Positions 1-9,871 of a DNA stretch of 48,693 bases are shown here, piece after piece. How positions within the stretch are numbered: the first letter of the stretch is position 1; each line of letters starts with the position of its first letter. A program made the translations under genes and the position numbers. The stretch spans positions 1 through 48,693 of the forward strand of contig CAZMVQ010000005.1 in the NCBI GenBank assembly GCA_964569865.1. The letters run 5' to 3'. This DNA is from an uncultured Devosia sp. (GTDB lineage: Bacteria > Pseudomonadota > Alphaproteobacteria > Rhizobiales > Devosiaceae). A model generated the notes under the pieces. That model was not told the origin of the DNA, did not search any database, and was given only the letters and a program-made list of their open reading frames with translations.

Positions 1-139
1 TAAACACTCTCTTTCAAACAGAATTGTATGAATTTAATAGGTCCTGACCCTAGGTGGCACCTAAAACTTTGCATTGCTTGACCTGTGCTGAGCGATGGTT
101 AAAACAGGCCAATAATCATCAGGGAGCTTTATTTAAAAA

Positions 140-745
140 ATGGAAAAATTCACCAGTCTGACAGGTGTTGGCGCGCCATTGCCGATTATCAATATCGACA
201 CCGATATGATTATTCCAAAGCAATATCTTAAAACCATCAAGCGCACCGGGCTGGGAACGGCCCTGTTTTCTGAAATGCGCTATAATGAAGATGGTAGTGA
301 AAATGTTGATTTTGTCTTGAATAAACCCGCTTATCGCGACGCGTCAATAATCGTTGCCGGTGATAATTTTGGCTGTGGCTCATCTCGCGAGCATGCGCCG
401 TGGGCATTAAAGGATTTTGGCATCAGGTGCATTATCTCCACCAGCTTTGCCGATATTTTTTATAATAATTGTTTCAAGAATTCCATTTTACCGATTGTAG
501 TTACTCCCGAACAGCTTGAGGCTTTGATGGATGATGCCCAGCGCGGCTCCAACGCGACACTTAGTGTCGATCTTGAAGCTCAAACCATAAAAGGTCCGGA
601 TGGCGGGACAATTGAATTTGATATTGATCCGGCCAGAAAAAATGCCTTGCTCGAAGGGTTGGATGACATCGGGCTGACGCTTGGTAAGGTTGACCAGATT
701 TCAGATTTTGAAAACCGGGTTAGTTCTGCCCGCCCATGGGTGTAG
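140..745 (+). CDS. leuD: 3-isopropylmalate dehydratase small subunit
   Basis: 201-aa ORF. It has the LeuD-type N-terminus ([19 protein letters not shown]) and the [17 protein letters not shown] motif of the aconitase swivel domain. Confidence 0.95.
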   Translation: MEKFTSLTGVGAPLPIINIDTDMIIPKQYLKTIKRTGLGTALFSEMRYNEDGSENVDFVLNKPAYRDASIIVAGDNFGCGSSREHAPWALKDFGIRCIISTSFADIFYNNCFKNSILPIVVTPEQLEALMDDAQRGSNATLSVDLEAQTIKGPDGGTIEFDIDPARKNALLEGLDDIGLTLGKVDQISDFENRVSSARPWV

Positions 746-752
746 CGGGCTG

Positions 753-1142
753 ATGGTCAAGCATATTTCTTCAGGCTCATCGTTTGAAAAGGCCTTTGGC
801 TATTCACGGGCGGTGATTGATGGTGATATGATTTATGTTGCCGGAACCACTGGCTATGATTACGAGACTATGGCCCTGCCCGAGGATGTGGCGGAGCAGA
901 CCAGAAATACTCTGGCAACAATTTCCAAAACTCTTGAAGAGGCGGGTTCGTCACTTAATGATGTGGTTCGGGTGCGCTATTATTTGTGTGACATTGATGA
1001 TCTTGAAGCAGTTCAGCCATTGTTTGCGGCGGCCTTTGATAAAGCAAAACCGGCGGCCACTTTGATAATTGCAAACCTTATCAAGCCAGAAATGAAAATT
1101 GAAATCGAAGTAACGGCGCGCATCGGCGCTTCTAAATCTTAG
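753..1142 (+). CDS. RidA/YjgF/L-PSP family enamine/imine deaminase-like protein
   Basis: The track ORF is 681..1142, but its first 72 nt overlap leuD. The ATG at 753 lies just after the leuD stop at 745. The protein has a YjgF-like core (GYSRAVIDGDMIYVAGTTG ... KIEIEVTA). Confidence 0.85.
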   Translation: MVKHISSGSSFEKAFGYSRAVIDGDMIYVAGTTGYDYETMALPEDVAEQTRNTLATISKTLEEAGSSLNDVVRVRYYLCDIDDLEAVQPLFAAAFDKAKPAATLIIANLIKPEMKIEIEVTARIGASKS

Positions 1143-1144
1143 GG

Positions 1145-1186
1145 ACTTGACCCAAGGGTCTTAACCCAAGGGCCTCGACCCAAAAT
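1145..1186. repeat. 14-bp tandem repeat, 3 copies (acttgacccaaggg / tcttaacccaaggg / cctcgacccaaaat)
   Basis: Read directly from the sequence. It starts 3 nt after the TAG stop at 1140-1142. The stop context tcttag is echoed by tcttaa in copy 2. Confidence 0.8.
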
Positions 1187-1203
1187 ACAGGAACTTATAT
1201 CCA

Positions 1204-2295
1204 ATGGTTAAAAAACTTCTGCTTTTGCCTGGTGATGGCATTGGAATTGAAATCATGGCTGAGGTTGAAAAACTGATCAGCCAGTTAAATAAGAGCGGCA
1301 AAACCGATTTTTCCTTCGAAACCGGTTTGGTCGGGGGAGCTGCCTATGACGCTCATGGGGATGCAATTTCTGACGCTGATATGGAAAAGGCTTTAGCTGC
1401 CGATGCGGTGATTTTTGGCGCTGTCGGTGGTGAAAAGTGGAATGATGTCCCCTATGAAAAACGCCCTGAGGCTGGATTGCTTCGCCTCAGGAAAGATTTG
1501 CAACTGTTCGCCAATCTGCGGCCTGCCATCTGTTATCCGGCACTAGCTGATGCCTCAGCGCTTAAGAAACATCTGGTTGAAGGGTTGGATATTTTGATCG
1601 TACGTGAGCTTACCGGCGGAGTTTATTTTGGCGAGCCCAAGGAAATTACTGACCTTGGAAACGGGCAAAAGCGTGCCGTTGATACTCAGGTTTATGAAAG
1701 TTATGAGATAGATCGCATTTGTCGGGTGGCTTTTGATCTGGCGCGGACCCGTTCAAATCTGGTGCATTCGGCTGATAAGAAAAATGTCATGAAATCGGGA
1801 GTTCTGTGGGATGAAGTTGCCCATCAGGTCGCGGCGGATTTTAAGGATGTGAAGTTCGAGCATATTCTGGCTGATAATTGCGCCATGCAATTAGTGCGCA
1901 ATCCCAAGCAATTTGATGTGATTGTTACAGATAATCTTTTTGGTGATATTTTATCCGATGCAGCGGCCATGCTTACCGGATCGTTGGGCATGCTGCCCTC
2001 CGCTTCGCTTGGTGCGCCTGACCCGGAAACGGGTGACCGCAAAGCCCTTTATGAGCCTGTTCATGGTTCGGCCCCCGATATTGCGGGCAAGGGAATGGCA
2101 AATCCAATTGCGATGATTGCCAGTTTTGCCATGGCGTTGCGATATTCGTTTGAGATGGTTGATCTGGCCGACGAAGTTGAAGCAGCTATTGCCCATGTGC
2201 TGGATGAAGGTCTTAGAACAGCCGATATTATGCAGGATGGATGCACCAAAGTCAGCACAGAAGAAATGGGTGCTGCAATTTTGGCTCGTTTGTGA
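1204..2295 (+). CDS. leuB: 3-isopropylmalate dehydrogenase
   Basis: 363-aa ORF. It carries [27 protein letters not shown] and [10 protein letters not shown] motifs of the isopropylmalate/isocitrate dehydrogenase family. Confidence 0.95.
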   Translation: MVKKLLLLPGDGIGIEIMAEVEKLISQLNKSGKTDFSFETGLVGGAAYDAHGDAISDADMEKALAADAVIFGAVGGEKWNDVPYEKRPEAGLLRLRKDLQLFANLRPAICYPALADASALKKHLVEGLDILIVRELTGGVYFGEPKEITDLGNGQKRAVDTQVYESYEIDRICRVAFDLARTRSNLVHSADKKNVMKSGVLWDEVAHQVAADFKDVKFEHILADNCAMQLVRNPKQFDVIVTDNLFGDILSDAAAMLTGSLGMLPSASLGAPDPETGDRKALYEPVHGSAPDIAGKGMANPIAMIASFAMALRYSFEMVDLADEVEAAIAHVLDEGLRTADIMQDGCTKVSTEEMGAAILARL

Positions 2296-2397
2296 GAATA
2301 TAGAAGATCGGGCATAAGATAAAAAGCGTTATATAGATTCTTGACTCTGTGGAACCATTGTGATGGTTTCACGAATTATAGGCTGGCGGAGAAATGT

Positions 2398-2988
2398 TTG
2401 AGTAATTTGCGCAAAATCGTTAGAAATTTAACAGCATTTGCGGTGCTGATGCTGACGGTTGCTTTCAGCAATATTGCGCAGGCGCAAAGTTTTGACGTGT
2501 CAGAAATTCGTGCCGGGATTTTGGCCCACAAGGTCACCAGTGGTTTCTTGCCTTTTAATCCAGATCGCTGGATTGGGCTTGGGCAGGTTGAAGACATTAA
2601 TGTGGAAATATTGTTTTCTTCTCCTGACGATGAATTTTTTCGCTGGATGGGTTCGCCGCGCCCAAGGTTGGGTGCGTCCTTTAATATCAAGGGCGTTGAA
2701 AGCATGGTCAATCTCGGGTTGACCTGGCAGGTCAGTATTTTTGATACGCCTTTGTTTGTTGAAGGAACCATTGGAGCAGCCTTGCATAATGGGGCGTTGA
2801 GCGGAGTTGTTGCCCCATTGAGTAATTTTGGTTGTCCGGTGGGTTTTTATACAGCTGCCAGCGCTGGAGTGAACGTTGGTGACAAGGCCACAATCTTGCT
2901 AACCTACGAGCATGTTTCAAACCTTAGATTATGCTCGCCAAATGAAGGTTTAAGCAATCTGGGTATAAGGTTTGGTTACAAATTCTGA
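2398..2988 (+). CDS. Outer-membrane acyloxyacyl hydrolase / lipid A deacylase (PagL-like) family protein
   Basis: The maximal ORF is 2341..2988. The likely start is TTG 2398, which has GGAG 6 nt upstream and yields a signal peptide (MSNLRKIVRNLTAFAVLMLTVAFSNIAQA|Q). It has a PagL-like H-x-S-N catalytic motif (YEHVSN) and a beta-barrel C-terminus (IRFGYKF). Confidence 0.7.
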   Translation: MSNLRKIVRNLTAFAVLMLTVAFSNIAQAQSFDVSEIRAGILAHKVTSGFLPFNPDRWIGLGQVEDINVEILFSSPDDEFFRWMGSPRPRLGASFNIKGVESMVNLGLTWQVSIFDTPLFVEGTIGAALHNGALSGVVAPLSNFGCPVGFYTAASAGVNVGDKATILLTYEHVSNLRLCSPNEGLSNLGIRFGYKF

Positions 2989-3035
2989 CCATACATATAT
3001 TGACTTGCGTTCAAATCATCGGCATTTAGGACCCC

Positions 3036-3206
3036 ATGACCCATTGGAACAAAAATTTTGTTTTTGACCTAGTTGCTTTTGCTCCAGATGTATTTGTTTG
3101 GCGCGAAGGCGGATTACGGGTGAATCCTTCTTTTTGGACTTTTGCGGCCAAGATCATCACCATCACCAAGATTATCACCAAAAAAACCACCACCAAAACC
3201 GTTTAG
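3036..3206 (+). promoter_or_regulatory. Candidate leader peptide ORF upstream of asd, ending in an Ile/Thr/Lys run
   Basis: This is a frame-3 ORF below the track's size cut-off. It starts at ATG 3036 (or GTG 3120) and ends ...AAKIITITKIITKKTTTKTV* at TAG 3204-3206. A hairpin follows (3207-3217 pairs with 3230-3241). No U-tract terminator is visible. Confidence 0.3.
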
Positions 3207-3295
3207 CCATTTCCCGGTGCCACTCCCGGCCGGGGGAATGGCCGAACAGGATTGGCCGCGAGAAAAATCTCGTGCGGGAGAACCGGAATAAAAAA

Positions 3296-4336
3296 ATGAA
3301 ATATCGTGTTGCAGTTGTTGGCGCTACAGGAAATGTAGGCCGTGAAATTTTAAATGTACTGGCGGAAAGAGATTTTCCGGCCAGCGAAGTCATTGCCCTT
3401 GCCTCTTCAAGATCGGTCGGCAAAGAGGTGTCTTTTGGTGATAGAATCCTGAAAACCAAGAACCTTGAAAACTTTGATTTTTCAGGTGTGGATATCTGTT
3501 TGATGTCGGCGGGGTCGGCGGTTTCCAAGTCCCTTGCACCAAAAATCGGCGCGCAAAATTGCATGGTGATCGATAATTCAAGTTTTTGGCGTTATCATTC
3601 AGATGTGCCGTTGATAGTTCCTGAAGTAAATGGCGATGTGCTGGCAGATTATATGGCCAGAAATAAACGGCTGAATATTATTGCCAACCCAAATTGCTCA
3701 ACTGCCCAACTGGTCGTTGCCTTAAAGCCTTTGCATGATGCGGCAAAAATTATCAGGGTGGTGGTTTCCACCTATCAATCAGTTTCTGGCGCCGGAAAAG
3801 CGGGGAGCGATGAATTGTGGCATCAGACCCGTGGGATTATTGTCTCTGATTCACCGGAGACAAGTACATTTACCAAGCAGATTGCTTTTAATGTCATTCC
3901 GCACATCGATACTTTTATGGAAGATGGATACACTAAGGAAGAATGGAAAGTTCTTGCAGAAACAAAAAAAATTCTGGATCCAAAAATCAAAGTGACATGC
4001 ACAGCCGTAAGAGTTCCGGTGTTTGTGGGGCATTCAGAAGCGGTTAATATTGAATTTGAAGAAGAAATAAGTGCTGACGAGGCCCGAGATATATTGCGCG
4101 AGGCACCCGGAATAATGGTGGTGGATAAGCGTGAAGATGGAGGCTATGTCACTCCGATTGAAGCGGTTGGAGAATATGCAACCTATGTGTCCCGGATAAG
4201 GGAGGACGCTACGGTTGAAAATGGCCTTAATATCTGGGTGGTTTCTGACAATTTGCTAAAAGGGGCGGCTTTAAATTCAGTGCAGATTGCAGAAAGCCTG
4301 ATTGAGCACGGATTGAAACCAGTCGGAAACAGCTAG
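3296..4336 (+). CDS. asd: Aspartate-semialdehyde dehydrogenase
   Basis: The track ORF is 3098..4336. Homology begins at ATG 3296 (MKYRVAVVGATGNVGREIL, a Rossmann motif). It also has NPNCSTAQ with the active-site Cys and SGAG motifs. Confidence 0.93.
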   Translation: MKYRVAVVGATGNVGREILNVLAERDFPASEVIALASSRSVGKEVSFGDRILKTKNLENFDFSGVDICLMSAGSAVSKSLAPKIGAQNCMVIDNSSFWRYHSDVPLIVPEVNGDVLADYMARNKRLNIIANPNCSTAQLVVALKPLHDAAKIIRVVVSTYQSVSGAGKAGSDELWHQTRGIIVSDSPETSTFTKQIAFNVIPHIDTFMEDGYTKEEWKVLAETKKILDPKIKVTCTAVRVPVFVGHSEAVNIEFEEEISADEARDILREAPGIMVVDKREDGGYVTPIEAVGEYATYVSRIREDATVENGLNIWVVSDNLLKGAALNSVQIAESLIEHGLKPVGNS

Positions 4337-4349
4337 AAAAATTGTATTT

Positions 4350-6443
4350 TTGTATGAAGGAAACTACATCCGGTTAGCGGATTTGCCTTTTAAATCAAAA
4401 ATTTACAAATCCAAGGTATTTTCATCCGTCGATAATTTCAGGGTGAGAATTTTGTATCCACTGGGTTTTTTTTCTAAAATATTTAGAATTGAGAAAGACA
4501 ATCATTTGCTGTGTGTTGCACAGTACAATTCAATTTCCCTGCTGGCTCCCCTGTTTTTCCTTATTGTCAGTTCGTCACTGGCGGCACTAGCATTTATCAG
4601 TATGGGGTTCGCCCCTGTATTTTTAACTATTGTTATTCCGTTGGTGCTGTTGGTTGGTGATCTGGTAATTTTTAATGGATTTCTTATCCCGCGCTCGGAT
4701 AGTTCGGTTGCTTATCCGCAACTGATTGTGAGCAGATTGCACATGACCATTTGGGGAGTGGCAGGGCTGGGAATGGCGCGAATTTTTTGGGCCACCAGTC
4801 TTTTGGCTTATGCTGACAGAGAAACCCAAGAGCTGATTGTGACCTTATTGGCAACGTCAACACTTGGGGCATCTTTATGTCTAATTCATTTGCGTGTAGC
4901 CGCTTTGGCTTTTGTTGCAATTGTAATGGTGCCCATGATTGCGTTTTTATGGCTGAGCGATGTTACCGTTTTGGTGGTATTGGCCTTTGTGTTGGCTTTA
5001 ATTACGGCTGTCGTAATTTTTGTGGCCAACCGTTATGGCATTGATTTTGCACGAATGACAATGCAGCGCCAGGAAATGGAAATAAAAAAGGCTGAAGCTG
5101 AACATTTGAGCAAATTAAATTTGAGCATCGCCAATCAGGATAGCTTGACCGGATTGGCCAATCGTCGTGCATTTATGACCCATTTGCAGGATTTGGTTCA
5201 AAAAGGAAACGCTTCATGTGAAGAGGGACTAGCTGTTGGTATTCTTGATCTGGACGGATTTAAGCAGATCAATGATATATATGGTCATATGGCCGGTGAC
5301 CGATTGTTGCAGGAGGTGAGCAAGCGGTTGACCTCCATTCTTTTTGGGAAGGTTTTTGTGGCGCGTATGGGGGGAGATGAATTTGGCATAATCGTCAATG
5401 ACGCCCGTTGTGATGAAAAACTTATGGCTCTTGGAGAGCGTATCTGTCAGGCAATGCAGTTGCCCTATACAGTTGGTGGATTTAGCGCAAATCTTGGTGG
5501 GTCTTTGGGATTTGCCCGTTGGGACAGTATTAAAGACAATGCGGAAAAGCTGTTTGAAAAGGCAGATTATGCGCTGTATCACGCCAAGAGTAACTCGCGC
5601 GGCGGAGTGATGATTTTTAATGAAAAGCACGCACACGCAATTAAACAAAATTCCAATGTTGACCGCAGGCTGCAAAATGCTGATCTGGACGATGAGATGT
5701 CTTTGGTATTTCAGCCAATCGTTGCCTCAGAAAATGCCTATACAATAGGTTTTGAAGCACTTGCGCGTTGGCGCAGTCCGATTCTTGGCTCGGTTCCACC
5801 TGATATATTTATTGGAGCTGCTGAAAGATTGGGCATAATTAATCGTCTGACCAGCGTATTATTGAAAAAAGCACTGCATGAAGCAAAAAAATGGCCGGAT
5901 AGTTTCTATCTCTCGTTTAATCTTTCCATGCAGGATATTTCCTCGCCTGAAGCGATGCTTAAACTTGTATCCATTATTAAAGCTTCAGGATTTGATCCCA
6001 AGAGAATTACCTTTGAAGTGACGGAAACTTCAATCATGAGCGATTGTGAACGAGCTACGGAATCCTTGAATTTTCTAAAAAGCCTTGGGGCAAAAATTGC
6101 TTTGGATGATTTTGGAACAGGTTATTCCTCTTTGGCCTACATCCGGGATATGCCGCTGGACAAGCTAAAGTTGGATCGGGCGTTTGTAGGGGGGATCGAT
6201 GCTGATGAAAATGCAGCAGCGATTGTGCAGGCGATGATAAACATGTGTTGGAACCTTAAAATTGACTGTATTGTTGAGGGAGTTGAAACCAGATCACAGT
6301 TCAAGGCGCTTGGGGCGATGGGGTGCAATATTTTTCAGGGATATTATTTTTCCAGACCGTTAGAGAGCGATGATGCGCTGGCATATGCTTTGACACAAAG
6401 GGCAATTGAAGAGGTAAGTGGCGAAAAATTTCATGTTTTGTAA
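4350..6443 (+). CDS. Membrane-anchored GGDEF-EAL protein (diguanylate cyclase/phosphodiesterase)
   Basis: 697-aa ORF with a TTG start, so the start is uncertain. The N-terminal ~230 aa are hydrophobic and multi-TM. It has a GGDEF motif (ARMGGDEFGII), an EAL motif (GFEALARW), and DDFGTGYSSL and EGVET. Confidence 0.9.
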   Translation: MYEGNYIRLADLPFKSKIYKSKVFSSVDNFRVRILYPLGFFSKIFRIEKDNHLLCVAQYNSISLLAPLFFLIVSSSLAALAFISMGFAPVFLTIVIPLVLLVGDLVIFNGFLIPRSDSSVAYPQLIVSRLHMTIWGVAGLGMARIFWATSLLAYADRETQELIVTLLATSTLGASLCLIHLRVAALAFVAIVMVPMIAFLWLSDVTVLVVLAFVLALITAVVIFVANRYGIDFARMTMQRQEMEIKKAEAEHLSKLNLSIANQDSLTGLANRRAFMTHLQDLVQKGNASCEEGLAVGILDLDGFKQINDIYGHMAGDRLLQEVSKRLTSILFGKVFVARMGGDEFGIIVNDARCDEKLMALGERICQAMQLPYTVGGFSANLGGSLGFARWDSIKDNAEKLFEKADYALYHAKSNSRGGVMIFNEKHAHAIKQNSNVDRRLQNADLDDEMSLVFQPIVASENAYTIGFEALARWRSPILGSVPPDIFIGAAERLGIINRLTSVLLKKALHEAKKWPDSFYLSFNLSMQDISSPEAMLKLVSIIKASGFDPKRITFEVTETSIMSDCERATESLNFLKSLGAKIALDDFGTGYSSLAYIRDMPLDKLKLDRAFVGGIDADENAAAIVQAMINMCWNLKIDCIVEGVETRSQFKALGAMGCNIFQGYYFSRPLESDDALAYALTQRAIEEVSGEKFHVL

Positions 6444-6563
6444 TTAAGTGGGATATGTCTGTAGTTGTTTTGAAATGTTGCACTTGCTCGTTGATTGAGT
6501 TAGCACCGAAAAAATATTTACTTTGCGCTTTAATCAAGCCGGGTAAAAACAAGGGCAGGGCGC

Positions 6564-6854
6564 ATGCGCTGGATAGCAATTTTTACCAATAAACCAGATA
6601 CTAAAAAATTGTTTGAAGAGCATTTTCAGGCTCATTTGAGCTATTTTGCAAATTGCCCCGAAATAAGTCTGGCCGGGTCAATTACTCCCAAAGGGGCAGA
6701 GCACAGCACTGGCGGCGTTTGGGTTATCAAAGGGTTGGATTATGATAGTGCAATGGTTCTCATAAAAAAGGACCCGTTTTTCAAAGCAGGAATGCGTGAA
6801 AAGATTGATCTTTATTCTTATCAAGTAGCCCCGCAATTTGAAGACCTGGTTTAA
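6564..6854 (+). CDS. YciI-like (YCII-related) small protein
   Basis: 96 aa. It shows a YciI-like pattern (H..HL.Y....., GG.WVIKGLDYDSAMVLIKKDPFFKAG). Confidence 0.75.
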   Translation: MRWIAIFTNKPDTKKLFEEHFQAHLSYFANCPEISLAGSITPKGAEHSTGGVWVIKGLDYDSAMVLIKKDPFFKAGMREKIDLYSYQVAPQFEDLV

Positions 6855-6859
6855 AGAAA

Positions 6860-7729
6860 ATGCCAGTCAGGCATATTCTTCTTGCCCTTTTGATAGTTGC
6901 GATCTGGGGCTTTAACTTTGTTATCATCAAATTATCAATCGATGAGTTTTCGCCCTTTTTAGCGGCGGCTTTAAGGTTTTTGCTGGCAGTGGTTCCGGCG
7001 GTATTTTTTATACGTCCGCCAAAGGTGTCGTGGGTATTGGTGGCGGCATTTGGTTTGGCGTTTGCGTTTGCGCTTTATGGATTTCTCAATTTGGCGTTGG
7101 AATTTGGCATGCCTGCCGGTCTGGCGTCTGTTGTATTGCAATTTCAGGTGTTTTTTACCTTTCTGCTTGCCTATTTCTTTCTTGGAGAAAGACCGCGCAG
7201 GGCGCAGATAATTGGAGCTGCTATCGCGTTTGACGGGATTGCATTTATTGCATTAGAGCGTTTTGAGGGCATATCCCTGTGGCCATTCGCTCTGACATTA
7301 CTGGCGGCTCTTTTTTGGGGGGTGGCCAATATTTTAACCAAGGTGGCAGGCAAGGTCGACCCGGTTGCTTTTATTGTCTGGGGGGCTTTTTGGTCGGTTC
7401 CTCCACTGTTCGCCCTGTCGTATTTTGTGGAAGGGCCCCAAGTTTTGGTGGCGTTTTTATTGGCGCCTAGTCTTTATCAATTGTCCCTATTGATATTTTT
7501 GTCATACGTGGCGACTTTGTTTGGCATGGCGGCATGGACATGGCTGCTGACAAAGCACCCGGCCTCGGTTGTTGCTCCCTTTACTCTGTTGGTGCCGATT
7601 ACCGGACTGGCCTCAGGCTGGCTGGTGTTGGGGGAGCAGGTTTCGCCCCTCGAGGTGGTTGGGGGAGGTTTGGTGGTGTTGGGGTTGTGGGTAAGTGTAT
7701 ATCGGCGCAGATCGCAACAGGGCCACTGA
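6860..7729 (+). CDS. EamA/DMT-family permease
   Basis: 289 aa with about 10 hydrophobic segments. It shows a duplicated EamA pattern (WGFNFVIIK ... WGVANILTK). Confidence 0.85.
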   Translation: MPVRHILLALLIVAIWGFNFVIIKLSIDEFSPFLAAALRFLLAVVPAVFFIRPPKVSWVLVAAFGLAFAFALYGFLNLALEFGMPAGLASVVLQFQVFFTFLLAYFFLGERPRRAQIIGAAIAFDGIAFIALERFEGISLWPFALTLLAALFWGVANILTKVAGKVDPVAFIVWGAFWSVPPLFALSYFVEGPQVLVAFLLAPSLYQLSLLIFLSYVATLFGMAAWTWLLTKHPASVVAPFTLLVPITGLASGWLVLGEQVSPLEVVGGGLVVLGLWVSVYRRRSQQGH

Positions 7730-7799
7730 CCTTAATAGCTAGAGGGCTGATAACCTAAATGGTAAACTGATAGGCAAGTGGAATTTGCTATTTGAGCAA

Positions 7800-8438
7800 T
7801 TATTCCGGACGGCTGAATTCACCAGATTTTTGATCCATGATCCATAATTCACCGGTTTTGATGTCAAACCATGCTCCGTGAAGTGCGATTTTTTTATTTT
7901 GCTCCAAGTTAGCAATATAGGGAAAACTTCTAAGGTTTTGAATTGAATGGCGAATTGAAATTCTTTCAAATGCCGTCTGGCGCTCACCGTCGGTCATCAA
8001 ACCATTATCGACAAATTGCTCGCTTACGGGTTTGAGCAAACTTAGCCATTTGCCAATGAAATCACCGGGGGCCAAAGGTTCTTTTAATGGATTGAGGGTG
8101 GCGTTTATGCCTCCGCAGCGGCCGTGGCCCATAACCACAATATTTTGCACTTTTAATGCCTGTACGCCAAATTCAATGGCGGCAGATGTGCCGTGCTGAC
8201 CGGCATCAGGTTCAAACGGGGGTACGAGATTGGCAACATTTCTAAGCACGAACAGTTCACCGGGACCGCAGGAGAATATGGTTTCAGGGGCGGCCCGGCT
8301 ATCGCAACAGGCGATGATCATCGTGGCGGGCTTTTGACCCTTTTCAGCCAGTTCGAGATAGCGCAAACGCTCATCTTCGTGACGATGTTCAATGAAGCCT
8401 TTATAGCCGTTCAATAAATGTTTTGGAAAATTTTGCAT
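7800..8438 (-). CDS. Beta-class carbonic anhydrase
   Basis: 212 aa. It has the zinc-ligand motifs CCDSR and HGRCGG and the FVLRNVANLVPP segment. Confidence 0.9.
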   Translation of the reverse strand: MQNFPKHLLNGYKGFIEHRHEDERLRYLELAEKGQKPATMIIACCDSRAAPETIFSCGPGELFVLRNVANLVPPFEPDAGQHGTSAAIEFGVQALKVQNIVVMGHGRCGGINATLNPLKEPLAPGDFIGKWLSLLKPVSEQFVDNGLMTDGERQTAFERISIRHSIQNLRSFPYIANLEQNKKIALHGAWFDIKTGELWIMDQKSGEFSRPE

Positions 8439-8522
8439 GGTTTGATTGAATAATGAAAAGCGGTAAAAAAATCAACATGCAGAAAATCGCATGTGGAAAA
8501 ATAATTTGATATTTGAGCCAAT

Positions 8523-9713
8523 TTATTTAGTCGATTGTACAGACGAAGCAATCTTAACCAGCGCTAACAATATGGCCCCAACCAGAATTATAATGCCCCA
8601 ATATAGAAAATAATCGCTGGATGAGGGAAGTTTTATCAAGGATGGAGAAAGACTCATAATCATGGCAATAACTGCAAAGGCAATTTGAATAAAGGCCTTG
8701 GTCCTTCCAACATCTTGCGGTGCAGCCATTTGTAGAATACGTCCGTCAATTATAATACCGCACATCCAAACGCCAAATCCAAGGGCGGCGTGAACTAAAG
8801 CCAGTGGTATAATGGCGTTCATGAAAGAAAAAATTATCGTCACAATACCAACCAGAAAACACAAAAAATATTCGATGTTTGGCAAGGTTAGTTTTTTTAT
8901 CCCAAGGCTCAAGAGCGCAGCTGCGAGCATGCCTCCGATTGGCCAGGCAGCGTCCACAAAACCAAAATCGTCAGCACCTAATCCAAGATCATCGCGCATA
9001 AAAGAAGACAAAACAGCGTTGGATAGTTGGCCAACCGGGGTTGCTATGGCGGTGATGATAATGAGGGTCCGCAGGGAAGCACTGGAGCGGAACAGTTTTA
9101 GACCACTAATGAAATCCTTATAAAACCCGGCCAGGCCGGGGGCATTTTCTTTGCTCACAACTCCTTTGACAAACGAAGAAGTCAAGAAAATCAAAATGGA
9201 AATAAAAGCTGCAAACAAAAAACCCGATGATGCACCCATGGAATTGATGATTATACCGGTCAGTGCGGTTCCAACAGCTGTTGCCAAAAGGTGGGTTGTT
9301 CTGAAACGGGCTATGGAGTGAAGTATTTTCTCTTTTGTCACATTTGCTTGAATGAGTGCGTCCATGCAGCTTTGAAAAAGCATACGTGATGCGCTAACCA
9401 CTATCACGGTGATGAAAAACCAGATACTTGGCAATTCAGCGTCAATTGCCAGGGCTAACCCCATGATTGCCATGGCAACTGCAATGCCAATATGAGCAGC
9501 AATGGCCAGTGTTTTGCGGTTATGACGATCAACTATTGTTCCCAGTATTGGGCTCAGTACAATAGTTGTTAGCATGGCTACCACAAAAACCTGGCCAACT
9601 ACGGCAACGTCACCGGTAATGATAAGCGTTGTCCAGCCAATACAAACAAGATAGGCCCCGCGCGAAAGGCCAGCAAAAAATTCAATCAAATAAAGAAATG
9701 TCAGGTTGCGCAT
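8523..9713 (-). CDS. MFS transporter
   Basis: 396 aa with about 12 predicted TM segments. It has the MFS loop motif (GTIVDRHNRK). Confidence 0.85.
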   Translation of the reverse strand: MRNLTFLYLIEFFAGLSRGAYLVCIGWTTLIITGDVAVVGQVFVVAMLTTIVLSPILGTIVDRHNRKTLAIAAHIGIAVAMAIMGLALAIDAELPSIWFFITVIVVSASRMLFQSCMDALIQANVTKEKILHSIARFRTTHLLATAVGTALTGIIINSMGASSGFLFAAFISILIFLTSSFVKGVVSKENAPGLAGFYKDFISGLKLFRSSASLRTLIIITAIATPVGQLSNAVLSSFMRDDLGLGADDFGFVDAAWPIGGMLAAALLSLGIKKLTLPNIEYFLCFLVGIVTIIFSFMNAIIPLALVHAALGFGVWMCGIIIDGRILQMAAPQDVGRTKAFIQIAFAVIAMIMSLSPSLIKLPSSSDYFLYWGIIILVGAILLALVKIASSVQSTK

Positions 9714-9855
9714 TATTTAAGGTCTGAATGGTTTGGAGGTCATTGGCCAGGGTGAATTTGAACCTTAAGATTTTTATTCCGACTGTAAACATAAAACGAA
9801 GACAGCTCGGAGGGTCAAATGTGTAATCATGTATTATCTGGCAGTTTGGTTGAAA

Positions 9856-9871
9856 ATGCAGAGAAGTGCAT
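9856..9871. promoter_or_regulatory. Palindrome ATGCA-N6-TGCAT in the divergent MFS/LysR intergenic region
   Basis: Read directly from the sequence. It lies 76 bp upstream of the LysR ATG. It is a candidate LysR-type operator only by position. Confidence 0.25.

Noticed and set aside
3098-3295. His-rich N-terminal extension of the asd ORF (..GQDHHHHQDYHQKNHHQN..) implied by the 412-aa track ORF
   Set aside because: Asd homology, with its Rossmann motif, starts at ATG 3296 (MKYRVAVVGATG). The extension starts at TTG and is low-complexity with no protein-like character. The His-rich reading is the same CACCA-rich tract that is discussed as a leader candidate in another frame.
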